From Phycisphaerae bacterium (GTDB taxonomy: Bacteria; Planctomycetota; Phycisphaerae; UBA1845): DNA of 64,000 nt. This document shows positions 10,677 to 22,294 of the stretch, piece after piece; the first letter of the stretch is position 1, and every line of letters begins with the position of its first letter. Where the stretch lies: assembly GCA_963666835.2 (NCBI GenBank), contig CAXXGO010000006.1, forward strand, positions 736,001 through 800,000, in the 5' to 3' direction. Made by a program: the position numbers and the translations under genes. The notes under the pieces are model-generated. The model was given only the letters and a program-made list of their open reading frames with translations. It ran no database searches and was not told the DNA's origin.

Positions 10677-11618
10677 ATGTTGCGTGATTACGCCAGTCTT
10701 TTACGCCCCAGTCAGTGGGTGAAGAACGTGGTCGTGTTCGCCGGACCGGTGGCGGCTTTGAAACTGGTCTCGGTAGAGTCGCTCGGGCAGGCGCTGATTG
10801 CTTTCGCCGCGTTCTGCCTGGTGGCTAGCGCCGGCTACGCTCTTAACGACGTGGTCGATCGTCGAGCCGACGCCGCCCACCCCGAGAAACGCGAGCGGCC
10901 CGTTGCCCGCGGGGCCATCACTCCAGCGGCCGCCTTAATCACCGGAGGTCTGTTACTGGCGGCCGCCTTGCTTTTGCCGGCGGTGTTTCTGAACCGCTCG
11001 GCGGCGTTGGTGGTCTTGCTCTACTTCCTTCTGACTTTGGCCTATTCGCTGGTCCTCAAGCGCCACATGATCATCGACGTCATCGTGATCGCTTCGGGGT
11101 TTGTCTTGCGGGCCTGGGCGGGCTCGCTGGCGGTCGGCGTAGTGACTTCCGAGTGGCTCGTGGTGTGTATGTTCACCTTGTGCCTGTTCATGGGGTTCGG
11201 CAAGCGGCGCTGTGAAGTGGCGATGATCGGTCGCGCCGAGGAAGCCGAGCAGCACCGGCGGACGCTGATTCGCTACACGCCCGACCTGCTCAATCACTTG
11301 ATTACGGTCTCCGCGGGTATCGCCATCGTGACCTTCCTGCTGTACACCATGGAACCATCGCGTAGCCCGGTTCCGTTCCACAAGGAACATCTGTTCTACA
11401 CCTTGCCGCTGGTCGTTTACGGGATCTTCCGTTTCGCCATGTTGACCGAGTTGGGCGCCTATGCCGGCCCGACGGAGATCATTCTGCGTGACAAGGCCTT
11501 CACGGCCACCGTGGCCCTTTGGGCAATAGCGGCGCTCGTTATCGTCTACCAAACGAGGTTGTTCGGCCCGGAAGGTCTGACCAGGCTGACCGGATGGATG
11601 GGGGCACCGGCACCATGA
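10677..11618 (+). CDS. UbiA-family prenyltransferase, decaprenyl-phosphate phosphoribosyltransferase-like
   Basis: LRPSQWVKN, NDVVD..AD..HPEKRERPVARG, LK...IIDV, GKRR.E; multiple TM segments. Confidence 0.88.
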   Translation: MLRDYASLLRPSQWVKNVVVFAGPVAALKLVSVESLGQALIAFAAFCLVASAGYALNDVVDRRADAAHPEKRERPVARGAITPAAALITGGLLLAAALLLPAVFLNRSAALVVLLYFLLTLAYSLVLKRHMIIDVIVIASGFVLRAWAGSLAVGVVTSEWLVVCMFTLCLFMGFGKRRCEVAMIGRAEEAEQHRRTLIRYTPDLLNHLITVSAGIAIVTFLLYTMEPSRSPVPFHKEHLFYTLPLVVYGIFRFAMLTELGAYAGPTEIILRDKAFTATVALWAIAALVIVYQTRLFGPEGLTRLTGWMGAPAP

Positions 11619-12916
11619 CTGATTCCACCGTAGCCGTAGTACGCACTTCTCCTGCAACCGTACTGGCCGACTACTATCGGCTCATGAACCTCGCGGGATA
11701 TCAAGATGTCGTGGCGAAGGATGTCGACACAGCTTTGAAGATCAACATAAGCTGGCATTTCTTCTACCCGGCCGCGTCGACGACGCCCTGGCAGTTGGAG
11801 GGTGTCATCCGCACTCTCAAGCGCGACGGCTACGACCCGAATCTGATCCACGGCTGCCACAACCGCACGGTGGTCATCGATGCCCGCTTGGGCGAGCGGG
11901 AGAATAAGCAGGTTGACGTCGTTGAAGCGCACGGGTTGCGCAACATCCACCTTTACGAAGAAGACGTTGAGTGGATCGACATTCGCGACGCGGTAGGCGA
12001 TCTGACCGAGAAGTTCTTGTGTCTCAACGAGGTGTATCCCAAGGGATTCAGCATACCCCGGCGGTTCATCGGTGAGAACATCATCCATCTTCCGACGGTT
12101 AAGACGCACGTGTTTACCACCACGACCGGCGCGATGAAGAACGCCTTCGGGGGGCTGCTCAACGAGCATCGGCATTGGACGCACCCGGTGATTCACGAGA
12201 CGCTCGTCGACCTGTTGATGATCCAGCAGAAGATCCACCGGGGCGTGTTCGCGGTTATGGACGGTACCTTCGTCGGCGACGGGCCCGGACCGCGCTGCAT
12301 GATCCCTCATGTGAAGAACGTGCTGTTGGCCTCGAGCGACCAGGTAGCGATTGACGCCGTCGCGGCCAAGCTGATGGGGTTCGATCCGCTCTCCGACATC
12401 AAGTTCATCCGCCTCGCCCACGAGCGCGGCCTTGGGTGCGGTGATCCGCGGGAAATCGAGATCGTTGGTGACGACGCGGCGGCACAAGAGAACTGGCACC
12501 TCGTCGGCCCGTTCAAGAAGATGACCTTCGCCGCCCGAATGCAGCATCTGATCTACTGGGGATGGCTCAAGGGCTTCTTGGAGTGGTCCCTCAAAACCTG
12601 GCTGGCGCCCTGGTCGTACATTGCCAGCGTTGTCTATCACGATACGTTCTGGTATCCCGCACACGGCAAACCGCAGATGCGCAAGGCCCTGAGCAGCGCG
12701 TGGGGGCGGCTCTTCCAGAACTTCGGCTCGGTTGATCCCGACGAGAACGGCTACCCTCAGGTCGGCAAGGACGAGCCCGGATTCGTACGCAGCACGGCCA
12801 AGCATATCGCGTTGGCTCTGCGGATTCTTTGGACGTGTATCAAAGAGGCTCCGGAGATCGCCGTGCGCCGACGCCGCCGGGTACTTTCGCAACGTCACTC
12901 GAAACCAATCGAGTAG
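11615..12916 (+). CDS. DUF362-domain protein (putative Fe-S associated)
   Basis: LKINIS, STTPWQLEG, LPTVKTH..TTTTGAMKNAFG, DG..GDGPGP, SSDQVAIDAVAAKLMG; ATGA overlap with the upstream gene. Confidence 0.82.
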   Translation: MTDSTVAVVRTSPATVLADYYRLMNLAGYQDVVAKDVDTALKINISWHFFYPAASTTPWQLEGVIRTLKRDGYDPNLIHGCHNRTVVIDARLGERENKQVDVVEAHGLRNIHLYEEDVEWIDIRDAVGDLTEKFLCLNEVYPKGFSIPRRFIGENIIHLPTVKTHVFTTTTGAMKNAFGGLLNEHRHWTHPVIHETLVDLLMIQQKIHRGVFAVMDGTFVGDGPGPRCMIPHVKNVLLASSDQVAIDAVAAKLMGFDPLSDIKFIRLAHERGLGCGDPREIEIVGDDAAAQENWHLVGPFKKMTFAARMQHLIYWGWLKGFLEWSLKTWLAPWSYIASVVYHDTFWYPAHGKPQMRKALSSAWGRLFQNFGSVDPDENGYPQVGKDEPGFVRSTAKHIALALRILWTCIKEAPEIAVRRRRRVLSQRHSKPIE

Positions 12917-12948
12917 CGGCTGCGGCCGCACAGGAGGCTTTTCATATA

Positions 12949-13896
12949 ATGAGCGTACTGGTCACCGGCGGCGCGGGGTTCATCGGGTCTCATGTTTGCG
13001 AGGCGTTGTTGCGCGCCGGGTGCGAAGTTGTTGCCCTCGACTGTTTTGACGACTTCTACGACCCGGCGATAAAGCGCGCCAACTTGCACGGATGCCTGCA
13101 GTCGCCGCAATTCACGGCCGTCGAAGGCGATATTCGCGATGCGGATTGCGTCGACACCTTGCTGGCGAAACACCACGTCGAGACCGTTTTGCACTTTGCC
13201 GCCCGCGCCGGGGTGCGGCCTTCGATCGAGCAGCCGTTGCTGTACGAAAGCGTCAACGTCGGCGGGACCACGGTATTGCTGGAAGCGGCCCGCCGTAAGA
13301 ACGTCGGCAAGTTCATCTTCGCAAGCAGCTCGAGCGTGTACGGGAACAACGAGAAGGTCCCCTTCGCCGAGTCGGACAACGTCGATTTCCCAATCTCACC
13401 CTACGCCGCCACCAAGAAGGCCGCGGAGTTGCTCTGTCACAGTTTTCATCACCTGCACGGCATGGACATCACGTGTCTGCGGCTCTTCACCGTGTACGGG
13501 CCGCGACAGCGTCCCGACCTGGCGATCCACAAATTCGCCAGGCTGATCGAGCAGGGACTCCCCATCCCGGTTTTCGGCGACGGGAGTATGATGCGCGACT
13601 ACACGTTCATCGACGACATCGTCGACGGCGTACAGCGGGCAATGGAACGCTGCAGTGGGTTCCACATCTACAATCTCGGGCATAGCCGGCCGGTGAGCTT
13701 GTTCGACCTTATCGCCGCGTTGGAGCAAGCCCTCGGCAAAGATGCCCAGATCGAACATCTCCCCCTGCAGCCGGGCGATGTCCGGCGCACCTTTGCTGAC
13801 GTAATATTGTCACAGAAGGAACTCGGGTACGAGCCGTCCACGGCATTGGCGGACGGCCTGAGGAGCTTTGTAGATTGGCTTCGGCAACCCCGCTGA
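12949..13896 (+). CDS. NAD-dependent nucleotide-sugar epimerase/dehydratase (UDP-glucuronate 4-epimerase-like)
   Basis: TGGAGFIG, AARAGVRPS, ASSSSVYG, YAATK, FTVYGPRQRPDLA; RBS AGGAGG. Confidence 0.92.
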   Translation: MSVLVTGGAGFIGSHVCEALLRAGCEVVALDCFDDFYDPAIKRANLHGCLQSPQFTAVEGDIRDADCVDTLLAKHHVETVLHFAARAGVRPSIEQPLLYESVNVGGTTVLLEAARRKNVGKFIFASSSSVYGNNEKVPFAESDNVDFPISPYAATKKAAELLCHSFHHLHGMDITCLRLFTVYGPRQRPDLAIHKFARLIEQGLPIPVFGDGSMMRDYTFIDDIVDGVQRAMERCSGFHIYNLGHSRPVSLFDLIAALEQALGKDAQIEHLPLQPGDVRRTFADVILSQKELGYEPSTALADGLRSFVDWLRQPR

Positions 13897-13935
13897 CGGT
13901 GCCGCATTCCTTCGCCCCCCGCCGGGCACATCACC

Positions 13936-14006
13936 CTATCCCGGATCATTCATCCAAGCGAAGTATGCGTCGTGAACCAATGTAGCGCCAGGGCTTGTCC
14001 CTGGCG
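13936..14006. repeat. Partial copy of a MITE/REP-doublet family also at 25236-25362 and 30676-30826
   Basis: CTATCCCGGATCATTCAT..CAAGCGAAG shared with 30676; TGTAGCGCCAGGGCTTGTCCCTGGCG shared with 25258. Confidence 0.75.
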
Positions 14007-14106
14007 TCGAAGCTTCGGCGATAGTCCACCCTATTACGCAAGCCGCCTCCGGTACTCACGTAACCGGAGGCGGCTGAATGTCAAACCCAATGGTAATCCG
14101 ATGAGC

Positions 14107-16218
14107 TTATGGGTTCGGCCCGGTGAAGCCTTGCTCGAACCAGTAGTAATCGTAGAGATCGACGTCCCCGTCGTCGTCCACGTCGAAATCGCCACAAGTA
14201 CCCACGTTCACCGAAACCGTGTACTCACTCCAGTGATGAACGGCGCTGTTGCAGTTGACCTCGGCCTGATCGGTGACCAGCAATCGCAAAGTGTACGCAC
14301 ACGGCTCCAGGGACGTCGTGTCCCAGATGCCGAGGGAGCCGTCCACGATTGATGTCGTTCCCGAATCGATCGTTACCCAACCCGATGCGTCCCCGCCGGT
14401 GTACTGTAATCTCCAACTGGCGATATTGGCGTCGAAGGCCGTACCGATCACGTTCACCGCGCCTTCGACGTAGTCACAAGGCTCGGGGCTCGTGATTTCC
14501 GCGTCGGGCCAGGTATTGTCGATAACGACCTTGCGGTATTCCTCGGCCCCATTGCCGCAGTCATCGGTTGCCCGGGCGCGCAAGGCGTATTCCCCGTCCG
14601 GAAGACCGAGATCGATGGTCTCCCAATGGGCGATCGGGTCATTGATAACCGTTGCCGTGTAGACCGGCTGCGTCGGATCGACCGGATTCCATCCGGATCC
14701 ACCTTGCGGTAGGTATTCGACGTAGTATTCATCGAAGCAGTAATTGTCCCACGCAGTCCCATCAACGCAGACCGTACCGCCCAAGATGTCGCCCTCGTCG
14801 GGCTCGCGCACGGTCAGATTGTCGAACACCGTGCCGAGCCAGACCATGTTAACGGCCGTCGCGCTGTGCCCGCACGCATCGTTGACCGTCAGGCGGATCA
14901 GATAGTGCCCCTGCGCAAGCCCCGCGGCGTTCCACGTTCCGAGCAGGCCGTTGACGACCGGCGTTGTCCCCAGTTCGATCTCGTGCCAGGTCGCCTCCGT
15001 CACGCCGCGATACTCCAGCAAGTACTGGTCGAAGTTCGCGTCGTCGGCCGTGCCGATGATCTGCGTGGGATCACAGACACACGTGGCCGGCGGCGGGGCG
15101 AGAAGCTCCGCGATCGGCGGCACATCATCGTCGAAGCAGACATCAGGCGTACACAGGATATTGTCGATCCAGAATTCCTGACCGCCGATGCTCACTTCGT
15201 AGATGTTGCCCTCCAATACGATCCTACCGCAGCCGTTCCCCGGATTGGGCTCGTATACGTCTACGGTCACCCCGCCGACCATCGGTGGGAAATTGCTGAC
15301 ATAGGCTTCGCTGACACATTGCCCGTTAACGGTGAGATTGACGTTTCCACCGTATTCGCCGAAGTAGATCACCAAGTCCGTTAGCGGCTCGCCGTAATCG
15401 AACGCGACGTTCACGTTGTTGACCATCAGATCCTGTCCGGAACCGCAGGCCAAACCGTCATCATCGATCATCACGGACCCGTTCATGGTCGGGTTCGTGC
15501 AACTGCCTACATCCCAGTAGAACTCTTCAAGGTGCATGAGCACCCCGTTGGATGCAAAGCTGCCCCCGGCCGGGAACATCGTCCCCACGGGAACATCTTC
15601 GAACCTGATCGGACGGCAGCCGGGCTCGGTATACCGAACCGGACTCTTGACCAGCATCGTGGCCTTCTCGCCGGTAGTCAGTGCGATCGTGCACTTCCCA
15701 GCTTCCTCATACTCCACGGCCTCCGTTATGGCATGGAGGAACTTCGAATGCTGCGCGCCGTAGACCGGCGACTCATTGAACTGAAATCCGACAACCGATC
15801 CGCTGTTGCTCCGCCAGCCAGTATCCGGGGTGACCGTACCCACGCTCGTCGTGGAGTAATCCACGTCCGTCAGAAACGACGTTAATCCGGAGCACGCGAC
15901 CTCCGCCACCCGGCCGTTCAGCGCCCCGTTCGATCCGCGGACCTGCCTGACAAACGCCAGCGTTCCGGTGGCATCGAGGCGGACAATGCGGTCCCGCAAG
16001 GTTCCCTCGTACAAGAGTGTCCCGCCGCTGCTGTTAATCTGAAAGGGAATCGAGGTCTCGTGGATGACCGTCCCCGGACCGCATCCACCCGAAACGCCGG
16101 ACAAAGGCGCGCTGCCGCCGGGTGGCAGATCGACGGCCATGACCGCAACGGGCATTAATGTCGCCGCCAACAACATCACGAAACTGTGAACTCGAAGTAA
16201 TCTCGCATTTGTGTACAT
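14107..16218 (-). CDS. Secreted multidomain protein with three repeated Ig-like modules and C-terminal dockerin/EF-hand-like motif
   Basis: Signal peptide after MYTNARLL (RBS GGGGAGAGG); three GTA.D.N..Y.(L/V)EY...W repeats; C-terminal DFDVDDDGDVDLYDY..F..GFTGP. Confidence 0.8.
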   Translation of the reverse strand: MYTNARLLRVHSFVMLLAATLMPVAVMAVDLPPGGSAPLSGVSGGCGPGTVIHETSIPFQINSSGGTLLYEGTLRDRIVRLDATGTLAFVRQVRGSNGALNGRVAEVACSGLTSFLTDVDYSTTSVGTVTPDTGWRSNSGSVVGFQFNESPVYGAQHSKFLHAITEAVEYEEAGKCTIALTTGEKATMLVKSPVRYTEPGCRPIRFEDVPVGTMFPAGGSFASNGVLMHLEEFYWDVGSCTNPTMNGSVMIDDDGLACGSGQDLMVNNVNVAFDYGEPLTDLVIYFGEYGGNVNLTVNGQCVSEAYVSNFPPMVGGVTVDVYEPNPGNGCGRIVLEGNIYEVSIGGQEFWIDNILCTPDVCFDDDVPPIAELLAPPPATCVCDPTQIIGTADDANFDQYLLEYRGVTEATWHEIELGTTPVVNGLLGTWNAAGLAQGHYLIRLTVNDACGHSATAVNMVWLGTVFDNLTVREPDEGDILGGTVCVDGTAWDNYCFDEYYVEYLPQGGSGWNPVDPTQPVYTATVINDPIAHWETIDLGLPDGEYALRARATDDCGNGAEEYRKVVIDNTWPDAEITSPEPCDYVEGAVNVIGTAFDANIASWRLQYTGGDASGWVTIDSGTTSIVDGSLGIWDTTSLEPCAYTLRLLVTDQAEVNCNSAVHHWSEYTVSVNVGTCGDFDVDDDGDVDLYDYYWFEQGFTGPNP

Positions 16219-16513
16219 AAATCCTCTCCCCCGCAAAGGCCGGACTCCGCGCGGTATCCGGGCCGCGCGCATCGACTCGATGCCGACCTTGTGCGTTATT
16301 GCCAAAAACGAAGCGCAAAAGCAGCACATGCCTTTCCCCACGGATACCCCCCGGTGCGTTCGGCCCACGACGCCGCCAAGTGCATCCGCCCAGGGTCGCC
16401 CACTTGTCAACCCTGAACGATTGATCTTACCGGAACAGAGCGCCGGATTCAACCGGGTCGGTTTATCTGCCGCATCAAGGGGGTGCATCCCGTTTAGGGT
16501 GGCAAATCTCCGA

Positions 16514-16790
16514 GCGGGTGCCCCGTCCATGCCGGCGTTTGCCACGCCGGAACGTTGCATCGCGCCGCCGCCAGCATGGGTGGGGGACGGATTGCGGTCC
16601 TGAAGTTACGTAGGGCACGGTCGAGACACGAGACCTGCCTCGAAGGTGCGCGTCATGTAGAGGTCGCGGAAGAAGGCGCGTGTCGTGCGAGGGTGTGCCG
16701 CCCACGACGGGCCGGGTCCGAAACGCCTGGAGGCCCCCCCCAGACTTATGCCGTGGGGCTGGATGGGCTGTCGCTCCAAACGACTCAATG
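16514..16790. repeat. REP mosaic between divergent genes
   Basis: GCGGGTGCCCCGTCCATGCCGGCG..CATGGGTGGGGGACGG unit, GTAG-REP at 16610, CCCCAGAC..GCCGTGGGGCT unit. Confidence 0.8.
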
Positions 16791-17180
16791 CCGGCCTCTC
16801 ACAACATGATCGAAGTCGCGTATGGCAGATTTGTACGATTTTCGCCCACGGCAACGGCTTACGCTGGCGACAGGACGTTCCGGCCGTGCAAAGCTATCGT
16901 GTCGGTTGTCGCGGCGAGCGCACTCGACAACACAGGCCAGATCGGCACTCGTCTCGTTGGCCAACATGAAAAAAACCTCAGCTTTATCCTTGTCGTAGCA
17001 GGTTTCGGGGTGTATTATGCTTCGGAGGGGTCCGCTAATCCTCCGTGCCTCAGGGGTCCTATGTGCGGTTTGTCTCGAAGATCAGCCAAGGGTAAAGAAC
17101 CGCGCCTCGGCCCATTGGTAATTTGGACCGACGTCTTTAAGTTCATATTGGGTTACTTAAACGGGCAAGGGGCAAACACG

Positions 17181-20100
17181 ATGCAAACAACGAATCTCTG
17201 GACGTTCAGCCTGATGGCGTCCGTCTTGGCTGCGACAACGGTAGGGGCTCGTGAGACGGATCAGGTTCCAGGCATGGCTCCTACGGCAGCCAGGGCAGCC
17301 TCTGCTGTAGCGGTCTCCAGCGTGAACAGCGCCCGGATTAAGGGTGTGCTCACTCCCCTGCCGGAGTCTGCGCAGGTGATTCGGCATTATATTGATGTCC
17401 CCGGCAGACTGGCGGGGGCGGACGACCCCGAAGAGAAGCTCATTTACAGCAACACGTACGGGGACTTCCTGTATGTTCCCGGTTCCGGACTGGGGATCGC
17501 GGACGACATTATTACCGACGCGGTGGCGGAGTGCGGAGTGAAACGCATCGTATTCCAGGTGAATGGCGGGGTCGAGGCAGGCGACGGCGAGTTCTCCGTC
17601 AAAATCAGCATTTGGGATCGATGTCCGGGCCTTCGTGACGCCGTGAACCTCTTCGGTCCGGGCAGCGAGTTCACATTCGACGGCCTCTCGGACAACATCA
17701 CAGAGAATCACGAACTGCAGATTGACTTCGCGGATATAGGAGCCTGCGACGACCAGGCTCTATGCCGGGTGTCGGAGCAGGACTGCGCGGACGGCTCGCA
17801 ATGCCAACCTCGGACGGTACCGGAACTTCCTCCGACAATCTGGATGATGTACCGCTTCAACACCAACACGGCCGGGGTGATCGTGGGAAGCCCGGCAGAG
17901 GTGGGATTCTCCTCAGATGCCTACCACCACCTATACGCGCCCTGTTGGGCATGGCTCGGGGGCTATCCGCGGCATCCGCACTCCAGCTTCTGGGTGCAGG
18001 TCTTCGTGGATGGGACTCCCTACGAACAACACCCTGACTTCTGCCCTACGCACTTTCTGGCCTACCGGGCGGTGTCCACCAACAGCGAGTTCTTTTTGCC
18101 GCTGGACCCCATGCACACCATGGTGTCCGACGACATTACGTTGGTTAGGGCCGTGACCGGATCACCCTATCCCCGGCCTATCTCGTGCGAGATCAGCGCC
18201 CTGGAAATCGGCGTGATAGGTAATGCCGGGGACTTCACCTTGGATGTCGACGTCCGCTGGCCGGAGCGCGATGATGTAGTCCCGGGGATGCAGCGAACTT
18301 ACGAGGGACGCGGTGAGGGAAGTTTATCGGTAGCCCGGTTCTTGTATGATGAGGGACATTTCATCAACGCCAATGACCAGCCGTTCTATGTGAACTGGCT
18401 GCCGAACATAGGCAACGTAGCAGTGCCAATTGTCGGGCGTACCCAAGCCGGCGCTAGCGATGTGTGGCTTGGCATGCAGGATGTTACCGATCCGGATAAT
18501 CCGGGTGACTGGGAACTTGTCCGTCCTGACTCCGGCATTCCTGGAATCGCTCACATCGCCGTGTATTGCCGCGGTGAAACGCCGACCGGGGCCTGCTGTC
18601 CGGACCAGTCGGCGGAGCCGGGTCTGGACCCGGTCTGTCACGACGATGTTCCTGTCACCAGCTGCCCGTCGGCGCGTTGGATCATGGATTCCACTTGCGC
18701 CGCCAACGAATTCGCCCCCCCCCTGCGGGACGCACCAGTGTTGTATGCCGAACGGCAGCTGTGACAATCTAACATACGATGAATGCCATGCTCTACGGGC
18801 TCCGCAGTTCGACCCCGTTATATGTGCCGTTGACGAGGACTGCCCGGGCTCCCGGACGTGTGGTATTCTCGGAGAATGCGTGGGTGGTTCCAAGGAACAA
18901 CAAGATTGTGAAACTGACGCAGACTGTAATGAGCCGGGTGAGACCGCGGGTACCTGCGTGGGCGACGTCGTGCCGGGGCAATGCGACCTGAGTCGCGGGC
19001 AATGGACAACCGGGACATTCTGTGATGAAGGCGACCCCTGCACGATATTCCAGTGCTACGATGCCGAGGGTGATTGCATGGAAGGGGATGTGGAGTTCAT
19101 CCTTTGCCCCAGCGGCGATTCCGATTGCCCGAATGGGCGAATGTGCTACCAGCCGCCGGTTGGGCCGGCCAGGTGCCTTATGCGGGCCGGTTGCGGCAAT
19201 CTGGAGTGCTGCAACGCGGTTTGCGAGGTAGACCCCTACTGCTGCAACGCTCTTGACGGCGGATGGGATCTGGGATGCGCCAGTCGGGCACGACAAATGG
19301 CCGATGCGGAATGTTCCTACGCCCCGGAGAACGACAGGTGCTGGGATCCGGGCAATCCGGAAGCAGGTGCTACTGAGATAGAAATCCTCGAAGAAGATAC
19401 CGGCGACCCCTGTACGCCGGAGTCGGAATACTGTTCGGGCTGGGCGATGGCCAACAACATCACCGCAACGTCTCACCCGACAGATCCCGGATACTGCTGC
19501 AACCTCGCGGGGCTGAACTTACCGGGTGCCGGAAACCTCTGGTACAAGTTCACCGCCGTGCACTCCAGCGCCCAGATCAGTACGTGTGATACGCCGGGAT
19601 GGACAATGGACTCTCTGATCCAGGTGTTTGAGGCCGGGGACGATTCGACGCCGCAGGCCGCATGCGAGTCCCTGGAGATAATCGGATGCGACGATGATAC
19701 TCCAGGCTGCGGTGAAGTGGGATCCATGTCGCAGGTCTGCGTCACCGGTCTTTCCGAAGGTGTAACTTACTACGTGGTTGTGGGTGGGAGTACTCTGGCA
19801 GAACAGCCGAAGGGGCAGTACATCTTGGACATAGAGTCCCCGTGTCCCTCGCTCCCGCCGGACGGCAGCCTGTGCGAACTCGCCGTGTACGTCCCGGAGG
19901 GGACAACGCCGTTCAGCCTCCAGTATGCGGATCTTGATTGTCCGGGCGAAGACGCCTTGCCGGCAATGATGAATGACATTTGGTTTGCGCATGCCCCTAC
20001 CTGTATCGGAAACCTGGAGGTGCGGACTTGCGGCCTGACACCGGAAGATGAGGATCCGGACACGACCCTGGCGGTTTACTGCGCGCCGTTCGGTGAAGAT

Positions 20101-21576
20101 AACTGCCCGCCCGTCGCAGTCGCGTCGGCCGTTAATGACGATTCCGAATTGAACAAAACCTGCTCAATCGGTGGACAGGCGTGCGATGAAGCGAGCGATT
20201 GCGTCCTCGGATGCACCGGTTTGGGGATCCTCTGCCAGAGCGATGATGATTGCCCGGGTACGACGAAATGCGATCTGCGGTTGCAGTCCGAGTGCAGCGT
20301 CTCGGGCGTGAACTGCTTTACCGATTCGGATTGCACGGCGGGTTATTGCCACAATAATGAATTAGTAAGCTGCGACACAGAGGTCTTTGAGATGCGGTGC
20401 ACCGAAGGAACGGTGATTTATTGCCCGAATGGAGATGAATGCGATTACGGAGCGGAATGCGTGGAGTACTGGCCAAGCTGCGGATGGACCGTGGATGGCG
20501 ATGACACTGTAGCCCGCCAGTGCGTCAAGGACGACGAATGTGAGGCGGCAACCTGCGATAGCGATTGTGCTCCGGCCTCCTCGGTTGTCGCGCCGGTAAT
20601 GCCCGGTGATGTATGTAAGATCCGTATCGGAGGTGAGTACGGCTCTGAGCCGGTGGGCGATCTTACGATTGCCTGTGTGGAAGACGACTGCAACTGGAAC
20701 CTCGTGCCGGACCTCATCGACATCGAGCACGGGCTTTCGGCAGACTGCAACCTCAACGGCAACCCCGACGAGTGCGATGTCGATCCGAGCGATCCGGACG
20801 GTGACGGGACCGTGGCGGATGACTGTGACGGCAACGGCATTCCGGACGAATGCCAGATCCCCGTTTGGCCGGAGGTGATCTGCAAGGAGTGCATGCGTGG
20901 CGACATCCGTACGGGCCGTCGGTGCAGCTACGATTTCGATTGCTACACCTGCTCCGGTGCCGGGGGATATTGCAGGAGCGACGACGATTGCCCCAGTGGC
21001 CAGGTATGCGAGAGTGTGGAAGTTTGTGTAAGCCATAGCCCCTGCAAATCGGGCCCGTTCTTCTGCACGCAGGAGTGCGACCCTGACGCCGACAGGAACG
21101 GTATCCCGGACGTCTGCACGGCGGAGGACTCGGACGGTGACGGGGTTTCGGACGACCTGGATAACTGCCCGGTGAATCCGAATCCGGGCCAGGAGGACGG
21201 CGACGGCGACGGTGTCGGTAACGTCTGTGACAACTGCGGCAGCACGCCGAACCCGGGTCAGGAAGATGCTGACGGCGACGATTTCGGTGATGCCTGTGAC
21301 AACTGCCCGCTCGATGATATGAAGACTGAGCCGGGTCAGTGCGGTTGCGGCGAAGGCCCGATGTGCGGCTTCAACGTCGAGTGTAACGAGGATGCCGACG
21401 GCGTCTCGGATTGCATCGATGCTTGCCCGTTCGGCGAGTGGGATCCGGAGATGGACGGCATCGAGGGCTGTGATGATGCGATCCCGACGATGTCGCAGTG
21501 GGGTCTGGTCGTTATGGCGCTGTTGCTGTTGGTTGCCGGAAAGGTGTACTTCGGCCGTCGAACGGCGAGGGCCTAA
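17181..21576 (+). pseudogene. Large Cys-rich surface protein with thrombospondin type-3-like repeats and IPTL-CTERM sorting signal, split by a frameshift at a C9 tract (18715-18723)
   Basis: ORF from 17181 has a signal peptide and ends at 18764; the overlapping frame continues ..PPCGTHQCC to IPTMSQWGLVVMALLLLVAGKVYFGRR. Deleting one C fuses them (EFAPPCGTHQCC). DSDGDGV.D..DNCP...NPGQED repeats. Confidence 0.85.
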
Positions 21577-21940
21577 TTCGGGTCCAATCGCCTAACGGTG
21601 AATAGTCTCTAACCCTCCCGCCCTCGGAGGCCGGTACAGTCGGCCCCGGGGGCGGAGCTTCTTCACCGAATCGAGTCCGAGAACTGGACCCGGTTTGACC
21701 TTACGAAGGACCGCGCAAGCCGAACGTCGCTGCTCGGCCGTTGCTGAGCTGGTGCGGGAAGGTGCCACGCGCGCAGGAGGTACGGCCGAATCGCGTGAGC
21801 GCGACTGCCGAATCGAGGCGGTTTCTTACAGACCAACCGGTCCTGGACCGGTTTCATTGTGTGATTCCTTTCTGGGTCGTGTTCCGGGGGCGAGTGTCCG
21901 GTGATGATCCGTCAGCAGACTTGCCTACTTGAGGTGTGCT

Positions 21941-22273
21941 ATGCCAGAGTATGCGTTCTTCTTCGGGTACGAGACGCCGCGCCAGTTGAAGAACAACGAT
22001 GCACACGGTTGGGATGACGACGACTCGCTGACGATAGTGATTGAAGCTCGCTCGGAGCAACAAGCGTTTGAGTGGGGAAGAAGGCTGGCCGACTCATTCT
22101 GCTCGCAACTTCACGGCGATCGGTTCAGCTGGACCCAATCAGGCTACGCCCATTGCATCAGATACGATTTCACTCGAGAACAACTGGCTAATCTAGAGAT
22201 CAAGCGTGTCCAAGTCGGTGAGTTTCCCGACTTCTCGCAAACGTTGGCACGCATCCACGACCAGGATTCGTAG
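21941..22273 (+). CDS. Hypothetical protein
   Basis: ATG preceded by GAGGTG; protein-like acidic/aromatic composition (MPEYAFFFGYETP..); no family recognised. Confidence 0.65.
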   Translation: MPEYAFFFGYETPRQLKNNDAHGWDDDDSLTIVIEARSEQQAFEWGRRLADSFCSQLHGDRFSWTQSGYAHCIRYDFTREQLANLEIKRVQVGEFPDFSQTLARIHDQDS

Positions 22274-22294
22274 AAGTTCTGCGCAAGCAACGGG

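Noticed and set aside
11546..12931. 461-aa minus-strand ORF
   Set aside because: Antisense shadow of the DUF362 gene.
16680..17180. Long N-terminal extensions in the ORF track (also for smc, tilS, malic enzyme, GT-C, PGM, DUF368, VWA)
   Set aside because: Extensions run through repeats or intergenic DNA; downstream starts fit RBS, signal peptide or family N-termini better.
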